From positions 68,699 to 132,698 of the IMG/VR virus record IMGVR_UViG_3300042453_004434: a stretch of DNA of 64,000 nt; one strand, written 5' to 3'. Position 1 is the first letter of the stretch, and each line of letters begins with the position of its first letter. The notes under the pieces were generated by a model. It searched no databases and had not been told where the DNA came from. It saw only the letters and a list, made by a program, of their open reading frames with translations. A program made the translations under genes and the position numbers. This stretch comes from a virus. This document shows positions 17,801 through 27,760 of the stretch, in pieces.

Positions 17801-18375
17801 TAGAATTCAGAATCTTCAGTTTCAACTTTATTGGTCTTCGCTGGCGCTGAAGCTGGAGCTTGAGCTTTTGAAGCTTGATTCTTATAATCCCCCTTTGAAG
17901 CTATCTTTCGAGTATCGTCTAGCAATGAATAAAACTTATTAATGAAAGCTACTAAACGAACCATTTCTCCGGGCTCAAGTGGAACCTTAAATGTATCAGC
18001 TCCGTTTCTAATAAAAGATAAACCATAAGCTGTATAAGTCACAGCATATTCACCAGTACCCTTCTTCTTTTCGTATGGGCCAAACTTGATTTGGGTTTTA
18101 TTTGACTCGCTTGAATGAAAAGCAGAATAATTAGCTTTCGTTTGAAAAGCGTTAATTATTTCACCAAGCTCAAATTCATTGAACTTGATAGCGATAGTCT
18201 TTGCGGGGTTATTCCTGCTCTCTGCAAAAGAACCTGTTTTCTTTTGTTCGTCCCAAGAATGTTGTGCAATACAATTTACGTAAAACTGAGGCTCTTGATC
18301 GTTCTTTTGGGAAATTTGAAAACTAATAGCGCAGCCGGTATTCTTCGAATTAGGCTTATAAATTTGTAGATTCAT
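17800..18375 (-). CDS. Putative single-stranded DNA-binding protein (Whirly/PC4-like) with acidic tail
   Basis: Two beta-beta-beta-alpha units (KFNEFELGEI and PLEPGEMVRL), a flexible linker and a C-terminal ETEDSEF. Start trimmed to MNLQIY. Confidence 0.5.
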   Translation of the reverse strand: MNLQIYKPNSKNTGCAISFQISQKNDQEPQFYVNCIAQHSWDEQKKTGSFAESRNNPAKTIAIKFNEFELGEIINAFQTKANYSAFHSSESNKTQIKFGPYEKKKGTGEYAVTYTAYGLSFIRNGADTFKVPLEPGEMVRLVAFINKFYSLLDDTRKIASKGDYKNQASKAQAPASAPAKTNKVETEDSEF

Positions 18376-18414
18376 CGCAAGATGATAAGTCTTGCGAAGC
18401 AAAATTTCTACCAA

Positions 18415-18639
18415 TTAATCAGCAATATAAAAGAAAATTGTACGAGCAGCGCCGCTGATGTTTGAATCAAATTTAACAGGCACAGAAGGCTGAAGAACTT
18501 GATTAGCACCGACTGAAACAACACCAGCACTACCGCTAATACTACCTAAAGCAGCAGTGACATATATACTTCTTTCGCTTGGGCAACTAATAGTAGTTCC
18601 TGTATTAAAAGTACAAAATGGGACGAAATTATTATTCAT
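18415..18639 (-). CDS. Hypothetical small beta-rich protein
   Basis: 74-aa ORF preceded by a GTGTA motif. Confidence 0.6.
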   Translation of the reverse strand: MNNNFVPFCTFNTGTTISCPSERSIYVTAALGSISGSAGVVSVGANQVLQPSVPVKFDSNISGAARTIFFYIAD

Positions 18640-18656
18640 TATATTAAATATTACAC

Positions 18657-19805
18657 TTATTGACTGGCTTTTAGAAGAGCTTCTAGCTTACCATTTGGAG
18701 TTGATATGCCACCAATAGCTGTAAAAATGGATAATCCATCTTTAACGCCTTTATAAATACCTTGATGAACTGTGCTATTAGTTTTTAATGTTCTGTTTAG
18801 TTGATTGAAAGCATTATCTAAATATTCTTGAGGGATACTATCTAAAGTTTTTTCATCACAAATTGCTACAGCAGCAGCGACACTGCCGGTAGCTAAATCT
18901 AGCTCACCACAAAGAACGTTACGCTTTAGATTTTCTCTGACGGCCTTAGAAATTTCAGCTTCATTTTTAAATTCAGTAATATTAGCTGCACCAAACACCA
19001 TAATGCCTGAGTCTAAAACAGTACGAAAATCATTTGTATCAAATGTGCTATATTGACTATTCTTGGTTATGATATTATTAAATAGATGAAATAAAGCACA
19101 AATATTAGCATTAGCTACTTGCCAGAACTTGTTTACAGAGAGTTTTGGATATAAAGCATTAATCTTTTCATTGTCTAGAATAATTAATGGAGAAACGATT
19201 TTGTCTTCAACTAATTTACAAGCTTCTTTTAATGTAGCATAAGCATTTTCGCTTACCTTCTTGCCTTCAGATAATTTAGGCAGCGCCAATATCAATCCAA
19301 CGTATGGAGATGTAGCTTTAACTGTTGTTTGATATTCTTTAAGAGTTTTAACTAATTCTGAACAAACGCCTGCTCCAGTGCCGCCACCAGCTCCAACGAC
19401 AGCAAATACACGATCAATATCAGTTCCAACTGACTGTTTAATAAAATCAACTACATCTTCTTTATGATTAATAAATGCTTGTTTAGCAAACTCTCTATTT
19501 TTGCCAGCTCCTTGCTGCTCGCCAAACTTCAGCTTATTTTTAACGTTGATAGTTGCTAAATCTTGATCAGCAGTATTAATGACGCCAACTCTAGCATAAC
19601 CAATTTGAGAAAAGGTTTCTGCTAGTTTACTTCCTCCTTGACCAGCTCCAATAAAACCAAACTTAAAACCTACAGCGTCTTTATCTTTTAATTCGACTTG
19701 TGCTGGTTCTACTGGATCTGGAATGTCAGGCATAGCAAAATCGAACGTATCGTTTTTGCCATCATTGTTTGCGTTGACATTGTAAAGAGGATTATATTCG
19801 CTCAT
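18657..19805 (-). CDS. Tubulin/FtsZ-family GTPase (PhuZ/TubZ-like)
   Basis: FIGAGQGG, INT, GAGKN, the signature GAGGGTGAG, ILDNEK, FDTNDF (T7 loop-like). Confidence 0.9.
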   Translation of the reverse strand: MSEYNPLYNVNANNDGKNDTFDFAMPDIPDPVEPAQVELKDKDAVGFKFGFIGAGQGGSKLAETFSQIGYARVGVINTADQDLATINVKNKLKFGEQQGAGKNREFAKQAFINHKEDVVDFIKQSVGTDIDRVFAVVGAGGGTGAGVCSELVKTLKEYQTTVKATSPYVGLILALPKLSEGKKVSENAYATLKEACKLVEDKIVSPLIILDNEKINALYPKLSVNKFWQVANANICALFHLFNNIITKNSQYSTFDTNDFRTVLDSGIMVFGAANITEFKNEAEISKAVRENLKRNVLCGELDLATGSVAAAVAICDEKTLDSIPQEYLDNAFNQLNRTLKTNSTVHQGIYKGVKDGLSIFTAIGGISTPNGKLEALLKASQ

Positions 19806-19806
19806 A

Positions 19807-20010
19807 TTATAGAAGATTTAAACTATCGCCCATTCTAACATCGTCCCAACTAGCTTCGCCTTTCATTCGCTCTCTAACTTTAAATTGGGAATAACAAACA
19901 GCTAATCTCTGTTTCTGATCTTTGAAATCTTTTAACATCATGTCATCACTGACACATCTGCTAACGAATTCTTGTTCAGTTTCTTTCTTACGAGGTTTAG
20001 GAAGTGGCAT
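19807..20010 (-). CDS. Conserved small phage protein
   Basis: MPLPKP..ETEQEFVSRC......QRLAVCYSQ, a motif I recall from tailed phages. Confidence 0.7.
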   Translation of the reverse strand: MPLPKPRKKETEQEFVSRCVSDDMMLKDFKDQKQRLAVCYSQFKVRERMKGEASWDDVRMGDSLNLL

Positions 20011-20014
20011 ATAT

Positions 20015-22423
20015 TTATGTTACACAAATATTATTATCTTTTACAGAAATTTTTATATTACAAATTTCTTTATTCTCTAATATCTTTTCTGCAATCAAAG
20101 TTTGAATTTCACGTTGAATAGTTTTAATTACTTGACGAGCACCAAAATTATCAAACTGAATTTTGTTAAATACATACATTATAACTTCTTCTGAATAATC
20201 AATATCAATATTTTTAGCACTCAGTTCTTTCTTGAACTGATTCATTTCTTTTTCGATAATAACTTTAATTTGAGATTCTTGTAATGGATTAAATATAACT
20301 ATTTCATCTAACCTATTTAATAAATCAGGAGGAAAATATTTTTTTACTGAACTTAAAACATCAGTCTTTATAGAGTTTTTAGCAGTAACAAATCCAATAG
20401 AATTATTATTTACCGCTTGAGCGCCAACATTAGTGGTCATCACAATAATGCTATTAGAAAAATCAATTATCTTTCCAGAGGAGTCAGATAATTTGCCTTC
20501 TTCTAATATCTGTAATAACAAGAATAAAACTTCTTCATCTGCTTTTTGAATTTCATCAAATAAAATCAAAGAATATGGATTCTTTCTAACTTTTTCTGTT
20601 AGAACGCCGCCTTTATCATAACCAATATAACCTGGATTAGAACCAATTAGTTTATTTACAGCTGTTTTATCAGCATATTCTGACATGTCAATAAAGATGA
20701 AATTATTTTTATTGACGAAAAGATTAGTCGCAAGAAGCTTGGCCGTCATCGTTTTACCGATTCCAGTTGATCCTGCAAACAGCATTGAACAAATAGGCTT
20801 ATTCTGATTCCGAAAACCAGCTTTAGCGCGTATCAAACATTTGTAAATTTGATCTATTTGTTCATTTTGACCTACAACATTGTCTTGAAGCTCTTTTTTG
20901 ACTTGCTGAACTTTTTCAAAGTCTTGCTTTTTTAAATCACTAAAAGGGATATTAGTTTTATCAGATACAACCTGTAAAACATCATCCTCAGTAATCTTAT
21001 ATTTTTTACTCTTTAATTTATTTACTAATTTTTCAACAACTCCTTGGTATTTTGATAAGAGAGATTGAATATTTGGAGTAAATTGATTTTCACTTGCAAT
21101 TTTATCTTTTTTAGCCGCCTTCATGATTTTACTTTCAATCTTAACCATTTCTGGCGTTTTAGTAAAATTCTTTAACTTAGCTTTAGATCCTACTTGATCA
21201 ATAATATCTAAAGCTTTATCTGGAAATCTGCCTTCAATATATTTTTCAGCAGTATTGATAATAAATTTTAATATATCGTCTGTGAACTCAATAATATGAT
21301 AAGTTTCATAATCTTTTTTGATATTTTTAATCAAATCGAAAGTCTGCTCTTTCGTCGGTTCTTCGATCTTGATCATTTGAAAACGCCGACTTAACGCAGG
21401 GTCATCAGCAATTGTTTTGCGATATTCATCGAAAGTAGTCGCGCCAATACAACTGATTTCTCCTCTAGCTAAATAAGGCTTTAATATATTAGCGACATCA
21501 TGCCCATTTTCTGGATTTCCAGCGCCAATGATTGTATGAATTTCATCAATAAATAATATAATATAAGGATCGTTTACTATTTCTTTTAACAGATTCTTGA
21601 TCTTTTCTTCAAACTCTCCTCTATATTTACAACCTGCAATCATCATTGGTATATCTAATGTATAAATCTGCTTCAATCCTAATAGATCAGAGCATTGATT
21701 ATTTACAATAGCTTGAGCCAGTGATTCAACTAAAGCTGTTTTTCCAACACCAGCTTCACCAACAATCAAAGGATTGTTCTTTGTCTTTCTGCAAAGAACC
21801 TCAGATATTTTTTTAATTAATTCTTCATTAATATGAAGATTATTAATTTTACCAGAAATAACTTGTGCATTAAGACTAGAAGCATATGTGTTAAGCATTT
21901 TATATTTTCTAGCATCAAAAGATTCGGACATCTTTTGTTCTGGTTTTGAGATGTCTTCTTTAATAGACATCAAATCGTCTTCTTCTAATTTGCTTTCTAT
22001 ATAGTCTACGATATTTTCAAAATTAAAATCAATACTGGATAAAAATAATTGAAATAAATCATATTGAACCTCAAACATAGCTAAAAAGATATGTTCAAGT
22101 CCAATATATTTATGATCAAATTTAGCTGATATTTCTTTGGCGCAAGTAAAAATAGATTTAGCTGAATCAGATAAAGAAGGCTTATTACTCTTTTTATTTG
22201 TTACAGAATAGTTGTCATCTATGAACTTAGAGCATTTTTCTTTTATCTTAACTACATCTAATTCAAATTGCAGAAAAGCTTCTTCTATTTGATTATTGTT
22301 AAGATTTAGAAACGCATTAAATAAATGAAGATGCGTAATTCTAATATTTTTATGTGCTAAAGCTACTTTCAAAGCTTCTTTGATAAGCTTTTGCGCTCTT
22401 GGTGTAAGATTTAAATTTTTCAT
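20015..22423 (-). CDS. ClpA/ClpC-family AAA+ chaperone ATPase
   Basis: Clp N-domain repeats; NBD1 GEAGVGKT/LFIDEIH; RFPDKALD; NBD2 GSTGIGKT/LFDEIQKA; IGF ClpP-docking loop; FGAR. Confidence 0.95.
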   Translation of the reverse strand: MKNLNLTPRAQKLIKEALKVALAHKNIRITHLHLFNAFLNLNNNQIEEAFLQFELDVVKIKEKCSKFIDDNYSVTNKKSNKPSLSDSAKSIFTCAKEISAKFDHKYIGLEHIFLAMFEVQYDLFQLFLSSIDFNFENIVDYIESKLEEDDLMSIKEDISKPEQKMSESFDARKYKMLNTYASSLNAQVISGKINNLHINEELIKKISEVLCRKTKNNPLIVGEAGVGKTALVESLAQAIVNNQCSDLLGLKQIYTLDIPMMIAGCKYRGEFEEKIKNLLKEIVNDPYIILFIDEIHTIIGAGNPENGHDVANILKPYLARGEISCIGATTFDEYRKTIADDPALSRRFQMIKIEEPTKEQTFDLIKNIKKDYETYHIIEFTDDILKFIINTAEKYIEGRFPDKALDIIDQVGSKAKLKNFTKTPEMVKIESKIMKAAKKDKIASENQFTPNIQSLLSKYQGVVEKLVNKLKSKKYKITEDDVLQVVSDKTNIPFSDLKKQDFEKVQQVKKELQDNVVGQNEQIDQIYKCLIRAKAGFRNQNKPICSMLFAGSTGIGKTMTAKLLATNLFVNKNNFIFIDMSEYADKTAVNKLIGSNPGYIGYDKGGVLTEKVRKNPYSLILFDEIQKADEEVLFLLLQILEEGKLSDSSGKIIDFSNSIIVMTTNVGAQAVNNNSIGFVTAKNSIKTDVLSSVKKYFPPDLLNRLDEIVIFNPLQESQIKVIIEKEMNQFKKELSAKNIDIDYSEEVIMYVFNKIQFDNFGARQVIKTIQREIQTLIAEKILENKEICNIKISVKDNNICVT

Positions 22424-24987
22424 TCTACGTCGGATAGCTTCATATAGATTTTATCATCAAGTATTGCAATATTCTCTATCCATAACACATCATCACCTTT
22501 TCGTCCAGTAAAAACTACAATGTTTTCTTTTTCAGGAATCTTTAAGCCATCTTCTAAATACTCTGATAAACGAGCTTTTTTTCCACCGTCCATAAATAAA
22601 CCCATCACGGTTCCAACTTCATCTTTCAAAGCAATTCTAAAGAATTGATTATTACTCTTTTTACTCTTTCCTTTATAAACATCATCTACAACTCCAACAA
22701 TTTTAACTAAATCATTCTTTAAAGTAGATTGAAATTCTAGAGTATCAGTGAAAGTAGCTTCAGGTTGTTCAAAAACAGTTTTCAATTTGATAGATGGAGT
22801 ATAACCAAGAAGTTTGTTTTCAAATACCCAATTAGCAAATTTTTCATGATTCTTATTTTGATCGTATATTTTCTTATACTCATCGTACTTTTTCTTGAAG
22901 GTCGCCTTTCTTTTATCTGACATGAATGGCTTGCCATCTTGATTTATATTCTTATTCTTAAAAGCACATTCACTAACGATTGTTAGAATATCATAATTAT
23001 ATTTATCTCCAATAGAATAAGCGTATTTCTTTTCTTTGTCTGTGAGTAGATTGAAGGTTTGAGCTTCGAGAACCAATCTTGATCTACGATGAGTATAAGA
23101 GCTTAATGTTCCAGCTTGAATCAAAGAAGACAATAAACCAATATTAATTCCAGCTTGTTTAGCTGTAATGAAAATATCAAATTTATTAGGAGTATTGGTT
23201 TCTCTAAACTGCTGAAGCGATTCAAGCGTCTTTTCTGAAACTCCTTTAATAGAATTTAATCCAAATCGAATATTCTTATCTTCAATATTAAAATCAATTG
23301 CAGACTTAGCTAAATCAGGAGAAAGCAATTCAATATCAAAAAACATTAACTCTTTTGATATTTTATTAATTTCTTTATGAGAATCAGGCTCAAACTTAGA
23401 AAGCTTCAACAAAGCTAGAAAAAATTCTTTTGGATGCTTGAACTTCAAGTAAGTAGTCCAAGCAGCAAGAATAGCATAACTAATTGAGTGAGATTTATTA
23501 AATGAATAGTTTGCAGAATCCTCTGCAACTTTCCACAATACATCACCAATAGCTGGATCTAGATTTTGTTCAGTAACCTTTTGCCGAATCTTACCTTGCC
23601 ATGCTGGCATCTGATCCACTTTCTTTTTACCAACAATCCGACGCAACTGCTCTGATTCATCCAAGGTAAAACCTAAACGAACCGCCATCTTCATCAACTG
23701 CTCTTGATACAATGGAATACCACCAGTATAAGACAGTTCTTCTTTAAAGAAGTCATGAACGAGCTGGAACACTCCTGAAGCTGAATACGTTGCATATTGC
23801 TCTACGAAATCTAATGCACCCGGACGAGCGATCGCAACTACCGCACTTAATTGTTCAAGCGACTTTGGTCTAACTTTTTTACAGACTTTGAAGTTAGTGT
23901 CAGCTTCAATTTGGAATAAACCTTGAGGAGTTTTTAGATTTTGCAAGTTTTCATATATAAATGGATCTTCTGGATCAATACTTGTCATATCCATATTCAA
24001 CATTTTGCATACTTCATTAACAACAGTTAAAGTTCTCAATCCAAGAACATCAAATTTTACCATTAGTTCAGCGACATAATTCATATCATATCCGCTAACT
24101 AAGTCTCCATCTGAAGTTTTTTGAACAGGACAAACTTCATCTATCTTATAATAAGAAATAGCAATGCCAGAAGGATGAACACCGGTATTCTTGTTTAATC
24201 CTTCAATCTTCTTGGCTATTTTAAATAGCTTCGGATTATCATCACACCACTTTTTAAACTTATCATTTTCTTTAGCAGCTTCTTCTAAGCCAAAAACGCG
24301 ACCGAATTGTTTTGGAATTAGATCGCTAACTTCATTTACTTCTGTTTCAGAATAACCGCCAACAATTTTACCGCACTCTTTAATACAAAGTTTACTAGAT
24401 AAAGTATTAAGAGTTAAGATTTTTGAAGTTTTACCAAAATGCTTATTTTCAATATATTTAATAACCTCACTTCTACGATCATAACTGATATCATTATCTA
24501 CGTCTGGCAATAGCGAACCATCAAGATATGTAATATCGTTTTTGATAATCTTCTTTGCGCGAGACTTGCTTACAAATCGCTCAAAGAAAAGTCCATATCT
24601 AATTGGATCTACTTTAGTAACATCAACTAAAAACAAAACCAATGAACCCGCAGCACTGCCTCGACCGGGACCAGTTGGAATATTATTTTCGTGACAGAAA
24701 TTAAGAATATCCCAATTCAGTAATACATAATCAACGAAGTCAAGTTCATGAAAAATCTGCAACTCCATCTCTAATCTGTCTACATACTCTTTCTTATTTA
24801 GATTCTTATTATCTAAACTGCGATAGCATAGAGTTTTTAGAAAAGTAAAATTATCTGAAGACGTTGGAATCTTCAGTAAATCATAATATTTACTATCGAT
24901 TGATATTTGAGGCAATCTTACACCCGGCAACATTGCGTCGTCATAACTCTGAATATCTTGTAAAAAATTCATATTTCGATTTGCCAA
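22420..24987 (-). CDS. dnaE: DNA polymerase III alpha catalytic subunit lacking the PHP domain
   Basis: GPGRGSAAGSL, FERF, PDVDND, GVHPSG, KFDVLGL, YQEQLM, YSFNKSH and a C-terminal OB fold; begins just after the usual PHP linker. Confidence 0.95.
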   Translation of the reverse strand: MANRNMNFLQDIQSYDDAMLPGVRLPQISIDSKYYDLLKIPTSSDNFTFLKTLCYRSLDNKNLNKKEYVDRLEMELQIFHELDFVDYVLLNWDILNFCHENNIPTGPGRGSAAGSLVLFLVDVTKVDPIRYGLFFERFVSKSRAKKIIKNDITYLDGSLLPDVDNDISYDRRSEVIKYIENKHFGKTSKILTLNTLSSKLCIKECGKIVGGYSETEVNEVSDLIPKQFGRVFGLEEAAKENDKFKKWCDDNPKLFKIAKKIEGLNKNTGVHPSGIAISYYKIDEVCPVQKTSDGDLVSGYDMNYVAELMVKFDVLGLRTLTVVNEVCKMLNMDMTSIDPEDPFIYENLQNLKTPQGLFQIEADTNFKVCKKVRPKSLEQLSAVVAIARPGALDFVEQYATYSASGVFQLVHDFFKEELSYTGGIPLYQEQLMKMAVRLGFTLDESEQLRRIVGKKKVDQMPAWQGKIRQKVTEQNLDPAIGDVLWKVAEDSANYSFNKSHSISYAILAAWTTYLKFKHPKEFFLALLKLSKFEPDSHKEINKISKELMFFDIELLSPDLAKSAIDFNIEDKNIRFGLNSIKGVSEKTLESLQQFRETNTPNKFDIFITAKQAGINIGLLSSLIQAGTLSSYTHRRSRLVLEAQTFNLLTDKEKKYAYSIGDKYNYDILTIVSECAFKNKNINQDGKPFMSDKRKATFKKKYDEYKKIYDQNKNHEKFANWVFENKLLGYTPSIKLKTVFEQPEATFTDTLEFQSTLKNDLVKIVGVVDDVYKGKSKKSNNQFFRIALKDEVGTVMGLFMDGGKKARLSEYLEDGLKIPEKENIVVFTGRKGDDVLWIENIAILDDKIYMKLSDVE

Positions 24988-25598
24988 AGCTGCTTCTGAA
25001 AGATTTTGAAGTTCATCTGAACGTCGTACATAGAATTATGCAACATGTTCTCATCAAAATCAATCTTATAATCTTTTAATTGAGCTTTTATGCTTGTTTT
25101 TAATCCCTTTTCTCGGAAATCATTTAATCTATACTGCCAACAAGTAAAGTCTAAATCCTTTTGTGGTTTAATGTTCTTTTTAATCGCTTTAGCGATGCAA
25201 TTTGTATCGAGAATACGTTTAACATAAGAAAAATCAGGCGACTTACCTAGAAGTTTTCGGTATATATTATGTATGTATACATCAAAACCAAGAAGATTTT
25301 GCCCTACTATTAGGTAGTCGCTATCATAAATATAATCTTCAAAAGAAGAGAGTATATCTTTTGGATCGGCAGCTAATGAATGATAACGCCTTTCATCAAA
25401 ATGAGTAACTTCTTTAGCTCCTTTTGATAATTTCAAATCAGGCCAGTAAATATAATTATCTACTTCTTTAATAATGTGATTACCTTTTGCAATAATATAA
25501 CTTAATTGCCAAGGCTTATTGTCTGTATTGACTAAATTGAGATGGCAAGTTTCAAAATCAAAGCAAATATATTTTTGATCTTTATTGAATCGTAACAT
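24969..25598 (-). CDS. DEDDh 3'-5' exonuclease (DnaQ-like)
   Basis: FDFET, GQNLLGFD, LDT, HNSMYDV. Confidence 0.9.
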   Translation of the reverse strand: MLRFNKDQKYICFDFETCHLNLVNTDNKPWQLSYIIAKGNHIIKEVDNYIYWPDLKLSKGAKEVTHFDERRYHSLAADPKDILSSFEDYIYDSDYLIVGQNLLGFDVYIHNIYRKLLGKSPDFSYVKRILDTNCIAKAIKKNIKPQKDLDFTCWQYRLNDFREKGLKTSIKAQLKDYKIDFDENMLHNSMYDVQMNFKIFQKQLWQIEI

Positions 25599-25947
25599 TA
25601 GGAAAAAAATTAATATTTAAAGTATAAACCAGTTCGTCGTTTTTCTTAATGTTTTTAACCGCAACAAAAGAAACCTGTTTGTTCTTATAATCAATTAAAG
25701 CTGTTGTGTTATAGTTTTGAGCATCAGGTTTGATGTATTCGCCAAAGCTAGTTAACGATACAGGAGTAAATAGATCATCAGTGCTGATACAAGGTTTATC
25801 TTGTATCTTGATTTCTGACTTAGGAAGATAAAAAGGATTCTTAGTTTCCTGATCAAACCAATTAGAAACAAATACAGTCGTTCCAGAACTAATATCTTCA
25901 GAAGCAACAAGTTGTTCTTTTTGATTGTTAATTTTAAGAGTGACCAT
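25582..25947 (-). CDS. Degenerate SET-domain-like protein
   Basis: LVASEDISSG and FVAVKNIKKNDELVYT match SET N- and C-terminal motifs; the NHS motif is replaced by YIKPD. Confidence 0.55.
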   Translation of the reverse strand: MVTLKINNQKEQLVASEDISSGTTVFVSNWFDQETKNPFYLPKSEIKIQDKPCISTDDLFTPVSLTSFGEYIKPDAQNYNTTALIDYKNKQVSFVAVKNIKKNDELVYTLNINFFPNVTIQ

Positions 25948-26698
25948 AATTAATTTTATTTTTCCAAGATTGAAAACTAAACTGATCGCTACAAAAATGA
26001 GCGAGTTCAGGCTTTTCTAATGATCGATCTTTGCCATGACTTCTGTTACAAATAATCTTATAAGTCATGAAAGCGTCAACATCTTCATTGTTTTTGTAAT
26101 AAATACTTTTAGCCGCTTGAGTTTCAAAATTATTATTTTTTGTAAACTCTAAAACCTTTTCCTGAAGAAGCATGTCTAACGCTAAACCATTATCTTCTAA
26201 AAAGAAAGTTGGCTTTGTAAATGAGAAATCAGGTATTGCATTTGCAAAAGATAAAGAATTAACATGTATAAATGAATCGTAAAAAGGAATAACGAGTTTT
26301 ACATCATCGTCATTCCATAAGTCCTTGAGCGATTCATAATTCAAAAAACCGCTAAAATCACAAAAAGCTTTAGAATATATTTTATTTAGCAGTTTGCAAC
26401 CTTCACTATTTTTTGCAAAGATAATAACTTTGTGCTGACTGTCCGAATCTTCAGGCAAAGAAGAATTACGCATTGAAAGCCTTAATCCAAATATTAATTT
26501 AAGCTTAAGCTCTTTTGATCTCTTGAAAGCTTCAAAGAAACCAATCAATGAATCCTCAACCAGAATAATCTCTTTTAAATCGTTTTCTAATGCAATTTTA
26601 AATATACTATCAGAACCTTCTGGTGAAGTTTTCTTTGGATCATCTAATGTCAGTATAGATTTACCAATAGAATAGCAACTCTTAAATAAGGCTAACAT
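25934..26698 (-). CDS. Stand-alone DnaE PHP domain (metal ligands degenerate)
   Basis: FKSCYSIGKSIL, LKLIFGLR, VIIFAKNSEGCKLLNKIYS match the Pol III alpha N-terminus. Start trimmed to the ATG at 26698. Confidence 0.85.
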   Translation of the reverse strand: MLALFKSCYSIGKSILTLDDPKKTSPEGSDSIFKIALENDLKEIILVEDSLIGFFEAFKRSKELKLKLIFGLRLSMRNSSLPEDSDSQHKVIIFAKNSEGCKLLNKIYSKAFCDFSGFLNYESLKDLWNDDDVKLVIPFYDSFIHVNSLSFANAIPDFSFTKPTFFLEDNGLALDMLLQEKVLEFTKNNNFETQAAKSIYYKNNEDVDAFMTYKIICNRSHGKDRSLEKPELAHFCSDQFSFQSWKNKINYGHS

Positions 26699-26707
26699 AT
26701 ACAAGTG

Positions 26708-26736
26708 AATATATGTTATCGATCAAAAATTGTCAA
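26708..26736 (-). promoter_or_regulatory. Sigma70-type promoter of the polymerase operon
   Basis: TTGACA-N17-TATATT, with the ATG 9 nt downstream. Confidence 0.6.
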
Positions 26737-27760
26737 GATCAAATTCGTCTTTCTTATTAAATGCTGGACATCCTTGATAGTATTTTTTAACAATCTTTTC
26801 ATCGTTTTTTAATTTATATTGTAGCAAATCTTCTTTTTGGAAAGCACTTTTTATAATTTTATTGTCAGAATTAATAATACTATAGTAATGAAAAGGAAAC
26901 TTATATGTGCAATACCATTTAGGATTGCCATCTTTTTTTAATTCATTAGGTTTAGATGCAAAACCACACATTAATTTACCGCTAAAGCTGCCATCTTTTG
27001 GCATACCTTGGTTGTATGCAAGATTTGAAACAGCAGTTTTTTCAGTAAAGCCATCAGCATATTTTTGATAAGCTGTTAATTCATGCTCAAATCCAAGTAG
27101 TTCATATTTAGATTTAGGTATCATTTCCATAACACCATCAACATCTAAATCTTGTTTTAAAAACAAAAATTCCATCTTTATATTTTCAAGATGGGGATAA
27201 AGCTTTCGAATAGCCAGAGTATACATATAATCTTGTAAATTATCTGATACTTCTTTGCCTTCGTATTTTTTCTTATTCGTTTTAAAATCGCGTATTAAAA
27301 CAACACTGTTATTGCCATAAATAAAAAGTTTATCTATAAAACCTTTTATCTTGTATTTTATATCGTTTTCATTTACTTCGATTTCAAAATCTTTTTCAGA
27401 AATGACTTCTGTAGGCTTACCAAACTTATTTCCAAAAAAATCATAAAGCAAACCTTTATATATCATTTCTTTGATATCGTCTACATGCTCGTCTTCATAA
27501 ATATTTTTATTCTTAACATGCTTTAAAACAAGACGTTTGACAGCTTTTGATGCAAAGGGATTTTTCTTTTTTAGAATAAGATCATAATGCTTTTTATGTC
27601 TATCGATGCCAAGACATTCAAAAACTAAATGCACAATTTCTCCTTTTAAAGCTCCACTGTTTGTTTTATCTGGAAGCTTTAAAGGATACTTGCACCAATA
27701 TAACCAAGAACAAGATTTAAGCGTCTTGATCTTGCTGGCGGATAGTGTTTCTTTCAACAT
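26723..27760 (-). CDS. PD-(D/E)XK nuclease (RecB/Cas4/AddB-like exonuclease)
   Basis: LSASKIKTLKSC, GEIVH, GFIDKL..IRDFKT, QDYMY and C-terminal cysteines (possible Fe-S staple). Confidence 0.85.
   Translation of the reverse strand: MLKETLSASKIKTLKSCSWLYWCKYPLKLPDKTNSGALKGEIVHLVFECLGIDRHKKHYDLILKKKNPFASKAVKRLVLKHVKNKNIYEDEHVDDIKEMIYKGLLYDFFGNKFGKPTEVISEKDFEIEVNENDIKYKIKGFIDKLFIYGNNSVVLIRDFKTNKKKYEGKEVSDNLQDYMYTLAIRKLYPHLENIKMEFLFLKQDLDVDGVMEMIPKSKYELLGFEHELTAYQKYADGFTEKTAVSNLAYNQGMPKDGSFSGKLMCGFASKPNELKKDGNPKWYCTYKFPFHYYSIINSDNKIIKSAFQKEDLLQYKLKNDEKIVKKYYQGCPAFNKKDEFDLDNF

Noticed and set aside
26723-27760. Cas4 as part of a CRISPR-Cas locus
   Set aside because: No cas1/cas2 or array is present; it sits in the replication module like a typical phage exonuclease.
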